Numbered from the stretch's first letter, positions 12,820 through 26,361 are shown. The stretch is DNA of 64,000 nt from Rotaria socialis (GCA_905331295.1 CAJNYD010000571.1:1-64000), one strand, 5' to 3'. The notes: generated by a model from the letters alone, not told the origin. Translations and numbers: made by a program.

Positions 12820-12967
12820 CAGGGGCGTAACGCCCCCTGCTTTTGAAAGTTTCACTTTTTTTGGAGAACAGAATAGAAAAAAGCTCTCTTCTGGAGATTA
12901 TAGCTGCTGAATTGATATGAATCAATACCTTGCCACCCCCTGCTCTGGAGACTTCAGTACGCCCCTA
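12820..12967. mobile_element. hAT-type MITE, 148 bp
   Basis: TIRs CAGGGGCGTA...TACGCCCCTA with a perfect 8-bp TSD, TCTCTTCT. Confidence 0.9.
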
Positions 12968-14007
12968 TCTCTTCTTTCGAACGATAACAATGCCCAATTT
13001 TTCGCTATTTTTGTTCTTCATTTATTGCAAAAATATAACTCACCATTATTTTGTTAAACAGACCGAAGTAAGTTCTTATCAAATTATTATTATTAATGAT
13101 ATTAGTTGAAGTTGGGTCAAATAGCATAGAAAAATAGAGTATCGTTTTCTTCATCAAAACGCAACAAAAATAATTTCTTAAAGCTTCTTATATGAAAGTA
13201 CGGTAATGGCACCACCAATTTTGATATACTTTAAGCATTCGAGCATCTACTTGTCGTGCAAAATTAGATTCTTTTGTAAATAGAAAAAAGAAATCTTATT
13301 ACTCTCCGATGTTACTTCTTCACCAGAGGACAATCGTATTTATTCGAGTTCATTTCTCGTTTTATTGTATCAACTTACCATTAACACCGATCGGTGAAAT
13401 CAATGAAAGTCAAAGATCGAATTGTATTTATTGTTCTATGTTTTTATTTCTCAGCAGTAAAGAGACATATTCTATAAGAGACTAAGACTATGTAGTTGAT
13501 TTACAAGTTGAGTAAATCTCTTTTTTTGAATTATCTTAAATTTAATTTCTAATTTCAAGTGTAAACAGAGGAAATTAACCAAATGGTTGATTGAATATTA
13601 ACAAAATTGAATGCCACTATTATACGATATTTCTTTCAATCTAAGATTATTTTCTTACATTATACGTTCATTACATAAACTATCAAGAAAAAGAAAAGAA
13701 AAATATCTTTTATTAATTAAAGAGAACGGCTATTTATTTGAAGACAGAAGAGGAGACAGAATCCTATACAGAACAAATAAATCTATTCAACATAAAATTA
13801 AGACAAAAAAAAACTTTCTTTATATTTTGAATAAAAAATATTTACCGGTGAAAGTGTATCTTTTTTAACAACTAATGAGATTTTCGGTTGGATATTTCGA
13901 CGTTCAATTGAAATACTTGGTACTAATCCATTTGATGAATTGATTCTGTCATAAATTGTTAATTTATTTTGAAGAGCTAACTATAAAATAAGAAAAGGAA
14001 AAATAAT

Positions 14008-14646
14008 TCAGAGAATTGGAGTCTTTTGTGTATGCAATGCAATTTTATGTTCAATTAAATAAAACAAATATTCATCATAAAGAACACGAATTGAATGAAA
14101 TGATGCAACACTACGTAAGGTTAAATCTCGAATAACTGTTGAACAATAAAAAGAACAATTTAAAAGAATATTTCTCTGCTGATAAATTTGAATATGGTTT
14201 GAGAAGATCATTTAATAATGAATCTAGCCATTGTAACCAATCTTCTAATGTTGATTGAGATGATAAATGATTTTTGAATCCTCTTTCAATACGAGAAACT
14301 AAATTATCATCACATTCACAAACCCACCATATTTGTTCCTAGAATAAGAATTTTTGTTGAAAAACGATAAAATAGAATAAAAATACAGAATGAACTTGAA
14401 CATTATGAAAATCGACTTAATTTAAATCAGCTAACGCTTGATTACCTTGTGTTGCATTAAAAAGGACAGCACGTCCTGTTTGAGCTAAATGATTTCATGA
14501 TGTATAACATCTTCTTAATGTCATTGCAAATGCATTTATTATTGTTAATTTAATTGTTTTCAATCGTTCTGCTAAATGACCTAATGCTGTACGAATCCAA
14601 ACATCGACACTTTTACTAAATATTCTCACTGATTGTGTTGAATTTG
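14008..14646 (-). pseudogene. RFX: RFX transcription factor C-terminal (dimerization region) pseudogene fragment
   Basis: Exon 14646-14396 ends AFAMTLRRCYTS*NHLAQTGRAVLFNATQGNQALADLN*VDFHNVQ; intron 14395-14339; next exon EQIWWVCECDD...TLEDWLQWLD, then a frameshift into CSFYCSTVIRDLTLRSVASFHSIRVLYDEYLFYLIEHKIA. Matches RFX1-3 motifs TLRRYTSLNHLAQ and IRDLTLRSAASFGSFHLIRLLYDEY. Confidence 0.9.
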
Positions 14647-15457
14647 CTGGAAAAAAAACATGATAGGAAATACTGATTATTTCAAAGTTATTTAAATTCG
14701 TTTCTATTATTAATTTTAAATACAAAAGACTCGTGAATATTTTGATCTTATTGATGATTAAGTGAATTTATTTGTCAGTATTATCCATTCAATATGCATA
14801 GATTGCAATAAGTATTAAAAATAATATTTCTTTAATAGAGAAACATTTATCAGCTGAATTTTTTCAAAAGAGAATTTATTATCCTTAGTAATTATACAAC
14901 GTTTCACAAGTCAAGTTTTTAAAGCTTCCTTTTGACAATGCTTGTGAGCATACTTGAAAAATGATAAACACATGTTTATGGGTGCGGTTAAGGTAAAGAC
15001 AGTTACCCACATCCGTATCAGCCCTTGTTACTAGGACCGAAATCAAGCAGTTTTTACTTGAGCAACAAACGATACTTTCGACTTTTGAGAATAAAATTCT
15101 AGATTTAGCGACGTGTCTAAAATCTATAACGATTGAAGTTGAAACAGTGATTCGCTTAGACTTTTCCATATAACAATATCTATGCAAAGTACGTCTGTTT
15201 GTATTGTAGTGTTTGACGAAGAGAAAAGGCGGAGTGGGAGGCCTACAGTTTTTTGGATAAGAAAAATGATTACAGTCTTCATTATTAATATTGGTCTCCT
15301 GTGTACCTCTTTGTTGATGCTTTACCAAAAATTCGAAATCCATTGCTTCTCGTATTGTCCAATGAAATCATTATCTTCTCTTGGCTAATCCTGTTCGGCT
15401 CTAGCTGTATACACTAGGATAAATGAATCATCCAGCAAAAAAATCTTTGAAACAAAA

Positions 15458-16271
15458 ATGTTCGTTTTTCACGATCGTCGTTTACTCTACGGCCTATTAG
15501 TGCCGGGTACTGCTATTCTAATTGGTGGTCTCATTTGGTATCATAATCGTCGCAAAAGTTCGAATTAATATTTTCTTGTAAATTTTTTTATTTTTGTCAT
15601 AAATTTTAAATTTTCTTATCTTAGATGAACAAATTCGTTTAAATCGTTCAGAATATCTTGTACTTGAAATTCAAGTACCTGTCTATTGTGTCGGAAGTAT
15701 AATTGGTAGAGGTGGTGAAGCAATTAAACGGGTACGATGAAATAGAAAAATAAAATCAAAGAATAATGTTTGTTTGTTTAGTTTCAACAGGAATTTTCAG
15801 TTCGTTGTGCATTTGCAAAAGATGATGAAAAACTTCTTAAAGAAAATTATCGAATATTAATTATACGTGGAGAACGCCATCATGTTTATGAAGCTGAAGT
15901 TGAAATGCGTCGTTTAATTGCTGATTTACCACAATATCAACAAATTGAAATGTTCATACCTGATCATGCCTGCGGATATTTAATTGGAAAAAATGGTTCA
16001 CATATAAAAAATATTCGTGATAGTTCAAAAGCACGCTTGAGTTTAGATAGGAAAATTATTGATAATTTAGAAAATAAAAGATTTTCTCGATTAATTATTT
16101 CGGGAACTAGCGAACAAATATCAGCAGCTAAAGTAAGATAAAATAATTTTGTTTGAAAAAAAATAACGATTTTGTTTTTAATTTTTGAAGACTTTAGTTG
16201 AAGAACGATTATATCGACTTGAACAAAAAAAGAAGGCATATGATAATAATTCTGTGATATCAACGGTATGA
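15458..16271 (+). CDS. N-terminal transmembrane anchor plus two KH domains (TDRKH/Papi-like, no Tudor domain seen), about 212 aa
   Basis: Exons 15458-15557, 15625-15731, 15782-16132, 16191-16271 join in frame; hydrophobic LLYGLLVPGTAILIGGLIWY followed by RRK; KH GxxG loops IIGRGG and LIGKNG. Confidence 0.8.
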
Positions 16272-16522
16272 TTAAAATAAGAAAAACAACAATATAGATT
16301 GAGGGATACCGATGTTCGAGAGAAGATTTTTATTCGTGAAAGATCTCATTTTATTCTTCGTGTTGAACTCTCATATAAAATGAGAAGTTCATTATTTGTA
16401 CATATGTTTAGATAGTATTCGTATACCTTTTGAGTAGCTGAAAAGTATCTATGTATAAAAGTCTTATAATACCTTTTTGAATACAATCATAGAAAGGTTT
16501 TGCTCAAGGACGAATGATACAG

Positions 16523-16543
16523 TATATATATATATATATATAT
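16523..16543. repeat. (TA)n microsatellite
   Basis: Uninterrupted TA dinucleotide run. Confidence 0.8.
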
Positions 16544-17022
16544 TCTTTCCCGGCTTGAAGGCTCATACGGAGTGCATATGGTTAGAGTTGCTACCCCTTA
16601 AGAATAAAAGGCACCTTCGTTCCAAGGTCATTGATAAAAAGTAGGGAATTTTTTCAGAAAGTGAGTACGTGTGAAATTCAATTTTTAAACAAAGTATCGC
16701 CTTATGTAAGGTGTTTATCTAAGCAGATATTCTTCATTCTTGCAATGGCAAACTCATCGAAACAGAAATTCATAGTTCGTTCGTTGATACAGAAGTGATT
16801 CTTTCTGATCTCATCAAATATTGACGGTCTCTGTTGAAGTCGTGTTTTTTTTCTTTCAAAAAACAAAATCTTTTTATTAACATTTCTGATAGGCCCATTT
16901 TATGTATTGTTTTTATATTTAGAATTTCGTTGACGATAACGATGACACTATAGATCATGACTAATATTGTTATTCTATTTTTGTTTTGTTATTTTCATGT
17001 TTTGTTGTTTGTTCTAGATATT

Positions 17023-17950
17023 ATGTCGTTAGACTTAGATCTTGATCAGTTTCATGATCATTTAAATGGATCTAGTATCGGTGCCGATGATGGTGATAGT
17101 CAAGATGTTGACATAACAGTGAATAGCCGACAGCATAATGGACAAAATCAAGCTGAAAAACGTGCACATCATAATGCACTTGAACGAAAACGACGTGATC
17201 ATATTAAAGGCAGTTTCAGTGATTTAAGAGATGTTATCCCTTCATTAAAAGGAGAAAAGGTAATATTAAAAATTCCATAGTTGAAAGAAGAAAAAAAGGG
17301 TTTGATTTATTATGCATCTTTTTAAGGCTTCTCGTGCACATGTTCTCAAAGCCGCTACAGATTACATCCGTAATATGAAAACAAAAAATCAATACCATCA
17401 AAAAACAATAGAAGAACTGAAAAGACAAAATGCCATCGTGGAATTACAAAGTAAAATAGAAGAAGATGCTTGCTGTTTTTCTTAACTTAATCCATATGAC
17501 TAATAATACAATAAAATTTAATAGAAACAAAAAATGTATTTTATTTCTAATCGAAATCATTCCTGAGGAAATTTACGTCGAAGATTGTTTTTCAGGGTGA
17601 CATCACTATAGATATACCTTGTAAAGAACAAGAGTTAAACGGCAAGTGAGTATTTCGTATTGCACTCGAAATGACTCGTACATTTCAAATTCCAAAAAAT
17701 TGTATATTTTAACAAAGAATTTTTTCTTTTCAAACAAATTACTGTCCATTGATTATCTAAAAAAAAATATTCTTATTTTATGTTTCTAGTTCGTCTTCTC
17801 GAACGTGTTAAAGAAACAGGTCAATATACCCGTCACATCACAAATCATCATCAACAAGAACAGTTAGTAAAAATCGAACTAAACGGAATTCAAACAACAA
17901 GAAATTTATTAACCCATGAAAATAATCCTTCGATATCATCTCATATATAA
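17023..17950 (+). CDS. MAX: Max bHLH-leucine zipper transcription factor, about 173 aa
   Basis: Exons 17023-17259, 17327-17450, 17790-17950: [50 protein letters not shown]...[16 protein letters not shown]. Confidence 0.93.
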
Positions 17951-18582
17951 TAGACTTTATTTAATTATCGTCCTTTGTTTCTTTTTTATTTTACATAGTG
18001 CCATTTGTCAGAAAAATGTTTTGTAGTTTGTGTGTGGAACGATTTCTTTTCTTTTTCGTTTTGAAGATATTTCAAGATTTAAATACGAATATTAATTTAT
18101 TATCTTAACCATCAATCTTATTTATCTCATTGCGCAGCGTCTTTTTCCTGCAACCAGAAAAAGAAAAAAAAAGACGGTTGTCAAATTCTAAAGAGATAAA
18201 AAACGTTTCTGTTTGCATTTTTCGTACTAAATTACACCTTTTCGTCATTTGAGTTTGATATAAAGACAAGAATAACCTTTTTCTTTCTATTCGCTGATTA
18301 CGAACTGATGAAACATGATTATTTCGATGTCACATCCTACCAAAAGATAATTGAAGACAGTGGAGACAAAATGTAAACTTGTTATCTTTTATCATATCAT
18401 TGGTTACTGCATTATGTGGCAATTTCATGGAGAAAACTTTTCACTCTTTGGAATTTATCATTCGCAGTATATATTCGTGAAGGACGTGTTATAAAAGAAA
18501 AAAAAACACAAAAGAACATACTGATAAAATTTGATTCCTTCATTTTCATGACATAACTCATATAGACATACTTAACAAACAA

Positions 18583-21500
18583 ATGGATGAGAAAAAAGTT
18601 AAAAGATCTGGCCGCCAACCACCATCATCGTACCCTATAATCTATAGAACACCGCGATCTCGTTCGCTAAGTAGTGAAAAAGAACAAGGACCCGCCTTAC
18701 AGACTGTACTTATAAAAGAACCGAAATTATCCGCAGCAAACAAGATCGAACTTACGCCGAGACTGGAGCGAAGATTAAAGGTTGGTGAACTAATAGAACG
18801 TTTTGAAAATGTTGAATCAGTAGACAATATTCAAATAAACAAATGTTCATTATCATTACTTACCCGTTATACAAATGGGCGCCTATCAGCACGCGACAGT
18901 AGGTTAATTTTATGCATTTCTTAGTTCATATTGTACAAGCTTTTGTTTGAAACTAACTTATGAGTAGAGAGAGAAAGAAAATGGCTGACTTTAAAATTCT
19001 ATAAGCAGTCATATTTGACATTGATGAATTTTTACTGATAATAATCAATTTATGTCGTGTTCAGTCCGTGACAATGTTCGACACTTAGAGCAACGAAGCG
19101 CAATATGTATATAGGTGATATTTATTAATCATTTACATATGAAGGCTACTCTGTTATATTCAGGTTGATTACTATAGACCATTATTGCATCTCAGGTGAC
19201 TATAAATAATAGTAAATCCGAAGTTTAATATTACTATTTATTCATACTTTTACCGTTTCTTATGTTGTTAAATTTTGATAGAAAATGTAAGAATGTTAAG
19301 CTTTCGAAAAATCTTAGAGTCTATCGATCTCGAAAACTTAAGAATCCGTTGCAAAAGGAAAAGAAGAAATGGCTCTCGTGGATTATGAATAAGCAGAAAT
19401 ACTTGAAATATGACTCACAGTAGAGTAACTATGCGACTGAAAGGAAGAAAAAAGCTCGTGTCATTTTCGTTCCGTTGAATCGACGAGCCTTGATATACAT
19501 AATCGGTATTTGAATGACCCCTAAATTTGATAAGAATTGCCTTTGTATCATTACTCCAATTACAAAAAGCTCTTAAATTTCGATATTTCTTTTTTCTTCT
19601 TTATAAGAATATTTGTTTAAGTTCGGTCATCCTCGTCGTCAACTGGACAAAAGAAAATCACTCGTACACAATTTGCTTCACCCATTCGATCTTTAGCGTT
19701 GATTGAAGAGAGACTTCCAAGTAATATGAAAAATATTCCGGATTCAATTTCACACTATAGAAATTTCAATAACTTGACGACATCTAGTGAAGTACATAAA
19801 TAAACATGTTTTTTTCTTTTTCGAAAAGCAAAATATAAGAGTTCTTATTTTACCAGACTCAATCGCGACATACGAGTAAGTCTAATGTAACGTCCGAAAC
19901 AAAGCTTCCGAAACCCATGATACAAACAAACCAAAATTCGCTGCAGCTTCCAGAGCAATATATTAAATCTCAACAAACGGAAATTGAAAATGCTGTCGTT
20001 AGTCGGTCAGCACTAGAAAGTTCTTCAAAACACGATGAACAACTCGAGCCATCTCCTAGTGTTGAATTCAAAGAGCACGATGCAAAAAAAGTCTGTTTAT
20101 AAAAATATTGAAAATAAATTTTTTACTGAAATTGTTTTTAGACCATAGGTTTCAATAAACGTTTGGAAGAAATACACAAGACTGAAAATAATTATATCGC
20201 CAAACTTCATGTACTTACATTTAAAATGCCGAAAATAGTCAAACAAATATGTCAGACAGATGAAAATACTCTCAAATCATTTTATGACATCTTTCAACCG
20301 TTACTTGCTACACTAAAACAATTATATGTATTTCATTATGAAAATATTTTACCAAATATGGAACAATTTATAACAGGTCATCGAACTGATTTAATATGGT
20401 CGATATTTGAAGAACATTTTCAAACGATTGAAAATTTGTATAAAGAATATTATACTGTTTATGATGAAAATCAACAGAAGTTCGAACGTTTATGTGCGAC
20501 AAATGCATTACTTCATACGGCAATGCTTGATTGTCAAGGCCTTATGGGAAATTTATATCCTATTAATGAACTTAATTGCGCTAATCAACATTTACTTCGG
20601 TATGAAGAATATTTATTTAAATATTTACATTTTTCTATAAACTTTACAGAGTTTAAATCTAATTTTTTTTCTTTCTAACATTACATTTATATTGCATTTG
20701 ACAGGAGGATATACCTGACAGAGAGAGAGAGACCTGTTCATAGAAAAAAATGATACTTGAACCTTAGTTTTATTTTATAGACGAAATTTCATGGTAGGCG
20801 GTACCGCCTATTGGTTCTTTCAAAATTTCGATGTATTCAAAGCAATGACGCAGAAGTAGATGAGTGTTATAACGATTGAGGACCGCAATAGTGCTACTAT
20901 CTGCGATACCGCCCGTAAATATATTTCTTTTTCTTCCAGCCAGCAATATGCCTGTCATAAAGAAGCTAATACATGATGAATAGCGTGCATCAATTTGATT
21001 TGCTTACCAGTATATTGCCGTTGAGATACTCCATTTTTTTCTGAAGTAATTACATGTATTTATCGAAATCATGTCTAAGCACAGGAATTATTTGGACCGT
21101 TTACAATAAAAGATTGCATTTCAAGATATGGACTTCAGAAATATTTTAGCAGCCGTAACCCTAATCTCAATTCGAAAGCTATTCATTCATTGGTAGACTT
21201 TCTCTAAAGAAGCAAAGACCGCACCCTCAGGAAGAAAACGAACTCCAAACCCTGGACAGGTTTCTCTCTGTTTGTGATCGATATTTCTTGAAACAATTTT
21301 GTTGTTGATTCTAGTTACATTCTTCTCATGAAAAGTTACATGAAACATCTCGATAAAGATTCTTCTGAATATGAACGTACATGCTTTGTACATGACGAAC
21401 TTACTTCTATAGCTGAACGATGTGAAGAACACTTAGCAATATCTTCAACCCAATTAAATAAATTAAAACAACGAGTCGATGGTAAATTAGACTGCTTTGA

Positions 21501-23415
21501 AAAACAACAACTCATTTGGCATGGTTCATTGAAGAAGCAATCGCCACGTAAACATACCGACATTAGTCCAGCATACATTATTTTATTTTCTGAATGTATA
21601 CTTGTTTGTGGAGAATCAGGCAATAAACTTGAAGTCAAACGCCAATTATCAATAGGAAAAGTAAATGTTGAAATTATCGAACGTGAACGAATGGCATCAA
21701 CAGCACCAAATGTAACCAACGTACAACAATCCATTTCTACTACTTATTATCCATTTCGTGTCAGCGCGACTGAAAAAGTATACGAATTCATCGCTGAAAA
21801 AGAATCGGATAGAGAAAAATGGGCCAATAAGATTCGACAAGCAAGTGAAGAATTCAAAAGACGAAATTCAACTATAGCAAGTAAGAAATATTGTTCATTT
21901 CACATTCGAAGTAATCGATAGATATAAAAACAATAAATCTCTTGTTTTTCTAACAAAATAGATATATGAGAAAACCCTATCCTAAGTATTTGTTTTGTGA
22001 GAAATATTTAGGAAAATCATTATGGTTCATATCAGAGACGTGCACAGGACAGGGCGGTCCTGCTGTCCTGGTGTCCCGTCCTGCCCTGTCCTGGAGGACA
22101 GGAGGAGATTTCGATTTTTATCCTGCCCTGACGCCCGCCAGGACCAAAATAGCCAGCAGGACAGGTAAGGACAGGACAAAAAATCTTGTCCTGTGCACGT
22201 CTCTGGTTCATGTCGAGTGTTAAATTTAGATATTATTTTGAGCGCATTGCATCAAAGAATACTTTACGTACATGATTAGATCAATAATGTCAGGCTGTTC
22301 AACATGAGTTTTCAAATTAAATTCAAAACTAATGGTTTTGAAGATTAATGAGAATGAAGTACTCAACAAATATCAAAACTTGACCTGGTTTTTACATATG
22401 TTGGATTAGGAATTCTATTTTTCTTTCGACGCTTTTTCAGCTGACGTAAATTAACACATATTTATCTTTACCTACAAGCTGAAATAAACTTCAATGTCGA
22501 GTGGAAACAGTCACGTATGTGAAAGGTTAAATCAGCATAATACTACTGTCTTATGCTATATGAATTAGTTTAATATCTTTGTTATAGATCAGTATTAGAC
22601 ATTTTAAGTAACTAGTTATTTTATACCAATATTAACAAAACTTGCTCCGTCGATCCCAACCTCTATATACAGATAAATAAGCATAATCTTTTTATTCTAT
22701 TTTAGTTCGTCAATCGCATCATCGTTTCGATGAACCACAACTAGGTGCTCGTGCCCCCGTATGGGTCAATGATATCGACGTAACACGCTGTCAACTTTGT
22801 CATCATCTTTTCTCATCGAAACTAATTTCAAGACAACATCATTGTCGATCGTGCGGTCGTTGTATATGTAATTCGTGTTCTACAAAAAAGCTGCTTCTTA
22901 AATATTGCAGTAAACAAGGTGAAAAACGTATTTGTGATCTATGTTATGATAATTTTACTGGCATAAAGAAACATCCAAAAATATGTTTAAAAATAACGCG
23001 TGATCCAAATAAAATGATTTTATTCGGTGATTTTCGATATTTTCAGTCGAAATCAATTATTTGGATTGAACTACAAGAAGATTTTCAATTGCATGCATTC
23101 GGCGCTAAATTGGATCAAGTTGAAGATTTTTCTATTAATCTTCTTGAACTAAATGAAATCTTATTTATTAAAGAAACACAAACATTTATATTAGATGGTA
23201 AAGATAAAACCTATAGACTATCTTTAGAAATCAATCATCAAATCGCGTATCCAAAAAATGATTATATCGATAAAAATCTTCAAAATACAAATAATAAATT
23301 ATTTTTCTTTGCTAATCTATGGTACGATACGATGCAATCAGCACGTTTAAGAACAACACCACTATGGTACATAAGAAAACGTGATTCAGCTGATAGTGGA
23401 ATCAGTAATAATTAA
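18583..23415 (+). CDS. FGD-like RhoGEF (DH-PH-FYVE-PH-like), about 817 aa
   Basis: Exons 18583-18898, 19622-19791, 19857-20090, 20142-20599, 21315-21880, 22706-23415 join in frame; DH (EEIHKTENNYIAKL, QHLLRYILLMKSY), PH (ending SDREKWANKI), FYVE (LGARAPVWVND...CQLC...RQHHCRSCGRCICNSCS...RICDLCY). Confidence 0.88.
22033..22205. mobile_element. hAT-type MITE in an intron of the FGD-like gene
   Basis: Perfect 19-bp TIR CAGAGACGTGCACAGGACA; 8-bp TSD GTTCATAT/GTTCATGT; internal CAGGA/TCCTG motifs. Confidence 0.9.
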
Positions 23416-23520
23416 TCAACATTCTCTTCTCTAGTTTTATGTTCTATTATAAAATCTATGTTTTATTTTGAGAGAAAAAAAAGAGAAAAAAGCGTGTAGT
23501 TGAAGTACGAAAGCCTTAGT

Positions 23521-25037
23521 TTAAATATGGCTTGGAATAAATTGTTGAAATTTTGTTTGATTTAATATTCCATTGCGATTTTTATTACCATTAGCAACAT
23601 TCGCACCACCTACAGTAAATCCAGCATTAGAAGTAGTTGCACTTCTAGCTAAAGCATTATCGCCCATGACATTTGGTGATGATGAATATGTAGTATTGCC
23701 ACAGTTAACAGCTTGATGACCACGAATTGATGGAATTCCATGAACATTATTGGTACCTGATGACATGAAACTTTCACTGATTGTTCTACTTAATTGATTG
23801 GAATCAAGATTATTTTCATTTGTGCCTGTATATGTTGGCGATGATGTTGCCGGAGGCGACTAAACAAAGAATCATTCATGTTTTCTGTTGAAAGTATTCG
23901 TTTGAATATATGTTTACTATATCTTCAATAACACCAGCATTGCGAGCTACGTGAACTAGTGTTGCCGAATCTAAAAGTGTTGAACCATAGCGAGTTCTAT
24001 AGACTTGAGGATCTTCTTTGTTTATGCCAATTCTGCGAAATTGTCGGATTACACGCGCCTGAACAGGTTCATAAACAATCACATAATTACGTGGTTGAGT
24101 ATATTTCACTGGAGCAGGAGCACGTTGAACAATGGTGCGACGTTGGGGTGGTGGTCCATATGGAATCCATCGTTCGATTATTATATCTCCTAAATAGAAA
24201 ATAAATTGAAATCAATAGAGAATGATTTTGATTTGTTTACGTGGCTTTTGTGGACAAGGTGGATGACGTTCGACGATAACTGATCGAGGTGGAACAGGTA
24301 TAGGAGGCAAATGACGAGTTACCGTTTGTGCAGCAATTTTAGCTGGCGGAACTGGTGGACGTTCACGAAGAATAAGTGGAGGAGGTTGAGGAAGATTAGG
24401 AGCTGTTTGACGAATACGAAGTGGTGGTAGTGGCGGAGGTTGAGGTGGACGAACTTCTTTAATGATTAATGGCTAAACTCGAATAACAACTATGAATGAT
24501 ATATGCTATGCGTTTAAAAACAGTGAACTTACCCCTGGTGGTGGAAGAGTAGGGGGTTGAAGAAATCGAACAAGAACCTTCTGCTGATAAGTCAGCGGAC
24601 CTCCAGCTGCTGGTCGTCGAATAATTTGTGGATTAGGATCTTTGTAAATACAATTAACTGATTTCGAAAGATGCAAATTCGATTGTTCTGCTTTGTTTGC
24701 TTGAGTGACTCTATTGTTAAATGATGTTGCTGTTCCATAAGAAGCATCTATACCAGCTATCGATTGAACGCTATTCTGAGAACTAGTTCTATATCCATTT
24801 TGATCAAATCGACTAGTTACATTATCATCAACAATATGTCCAGTAATTGATGCTTCCTTAGATGAAGCTAATGCTTCAGCATTTGACATCCAAGCAAGAA
24901 ATTCATTTTTATCGATACTAAACACATATAAATATATATAATCTATGATTTTATTAAAGTTTTTTTTTCTAATACCTTCCATCTTTATTTGTATCAATTT
25001 GAACAAATATAGCTTTAGCTGCATCAAACTTTGCCAT
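23521..25037 (-). CDS. EF-hand plus proline-rich protein (rotifer-type family), about 429 aa
   Basis: Exons 25037-24976, 24917-24533, 24472-24241, 24189-23918, 23859-23521 join in frame; EF loop DTNKDGSIDKNE spans intron 1; DPNPQIIRR...VRFLQPP...PLIIKEVRPPQPP...DIIIERWIPY. Confidence 0.85.
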
Positions 25038-26361
25038 TATGTCTAATTGACAAACTAGAAATGAATTCTTAAATAAAGAGTAATGACCCTCAATTTACAT
25101 ATCATCGATGTATTAAAAACTCAATCAAGCATGAACGGCGTTACATATAAATACAAATATATATCAAACACCTATTTGATAACATTAAAGCATCCTTGTG
25201 TATGCTGTTTCTTCTTGTTTGATTTCTTGTTAAAAAAATTTATCACTATGAATGAAATAAAGGCGTATAAATTATTGTCGCGTCATTTTTTTTGTAAATA
25301 TTCGATGAAGGTTTTTAATCTAGCAATGAGTATTACGAGAGAAGAAGAAGAATCCTTCATTAAATCAGACCAAGGAAAATTCATCCATTTGATGTTCAAT
25401 AAAAAGAATGCGCAACGAAATGCAATCATTGATATAAATATTATTTTTATATTATTCAATATAGTGAACCTGCATATCACATCATATGTACCAAGAATCT
25501 ACAAATACTTTTTTTTTTCATTTCAGAACCGAACATTTTCTTCTCAGGAAAATACTGTTATTCAGTTTTTCTTTTTTCATAATCATCGAGTAAGATAAAC
25601 AACAAAGTTCATCTTCTCGTTTGTTTTTTCATGTTTATATTTGATTGCTATAAATGAAAATAATGTCCATCAAAAGAGCCGAAAGAATGTGGGAAAAAAA
25701 ACAACGCGTGGTTAACAGCTAATTACACTTTATCGAGGACCGTGTTTATGAAGTCACACCCGATAGATACTGCTAATTTAAATAATATTTTCAGTCGCAA
25801 CCTTCAATTTTCTTCAGGCATGCAAATTCAGCCATGACACTTGCCTATTATCTGAATTTCGACGTTATCAGATCTATGTTGGCCTGATGAAATTTTGCTA
25901 CTAGCAAAAGCTAAGTATTTCCTAAATCATGCGAACCAATATTTGTCAGAATCATCTATAGATTATTGAATGTTGCTGTTAGAAAAAGAATTCGTAGCAA
26001 ACTCGACACACTCTAGTGTTCTGTAACACACGTGTAACACATTACTTGTATGGGCGTAGAAAACAATTATGAGAATATTTTTGTTTTCGATAACCCATGT
26101 ATTGTGTGAGTTGATAAAGTAGTTTTCGAAATAATTGATAAAATCATTATAAAACATCAGTAAGAATAACTCTTCACAAACTAAAGAACTCTTTCGATTA
26201 CGCAAAAGAAAGAGACTCGTTGAACAAAGTCTATAGCGACATCTATGCGCCATCTATTCAAGTATATAAATTTCACTAAAAAAGTAAATCAATAGTAAAC
26301 AAATTTTAATTCATAGTGATCAAAGAAATTGAAAAGCTTATCATAAAATTTTTCTTTGATC

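Noticed and set aside
16266..17018. Possible KH-Max fusion by splicing donor 16266 to the acceptor before 17018
   Set aside because: The join is out of frame with Max and reads ILCR then stop.
20770..21110. Possible Harbinger-like transposase remnant and the 16-bp palindrome TAGGCGGTACCGCCTA (20795-20810) in an FGD intron
   Set aside because: The similarity is too weak to support without a search, and no TIR or TSD was found.
21966..22223. 85-aa GC-rich ORF
   Set aside because: It is a read-through of an intronic hAT MITE.
25083..25598. 171-aa ORF and similar Phe/Ile/Lys-rich ORFs across the window
   Set aside because: Composition is typical of chance ORFs in AT-rich non-coding DNA; others are antisense or off-frame shadows of real exons.
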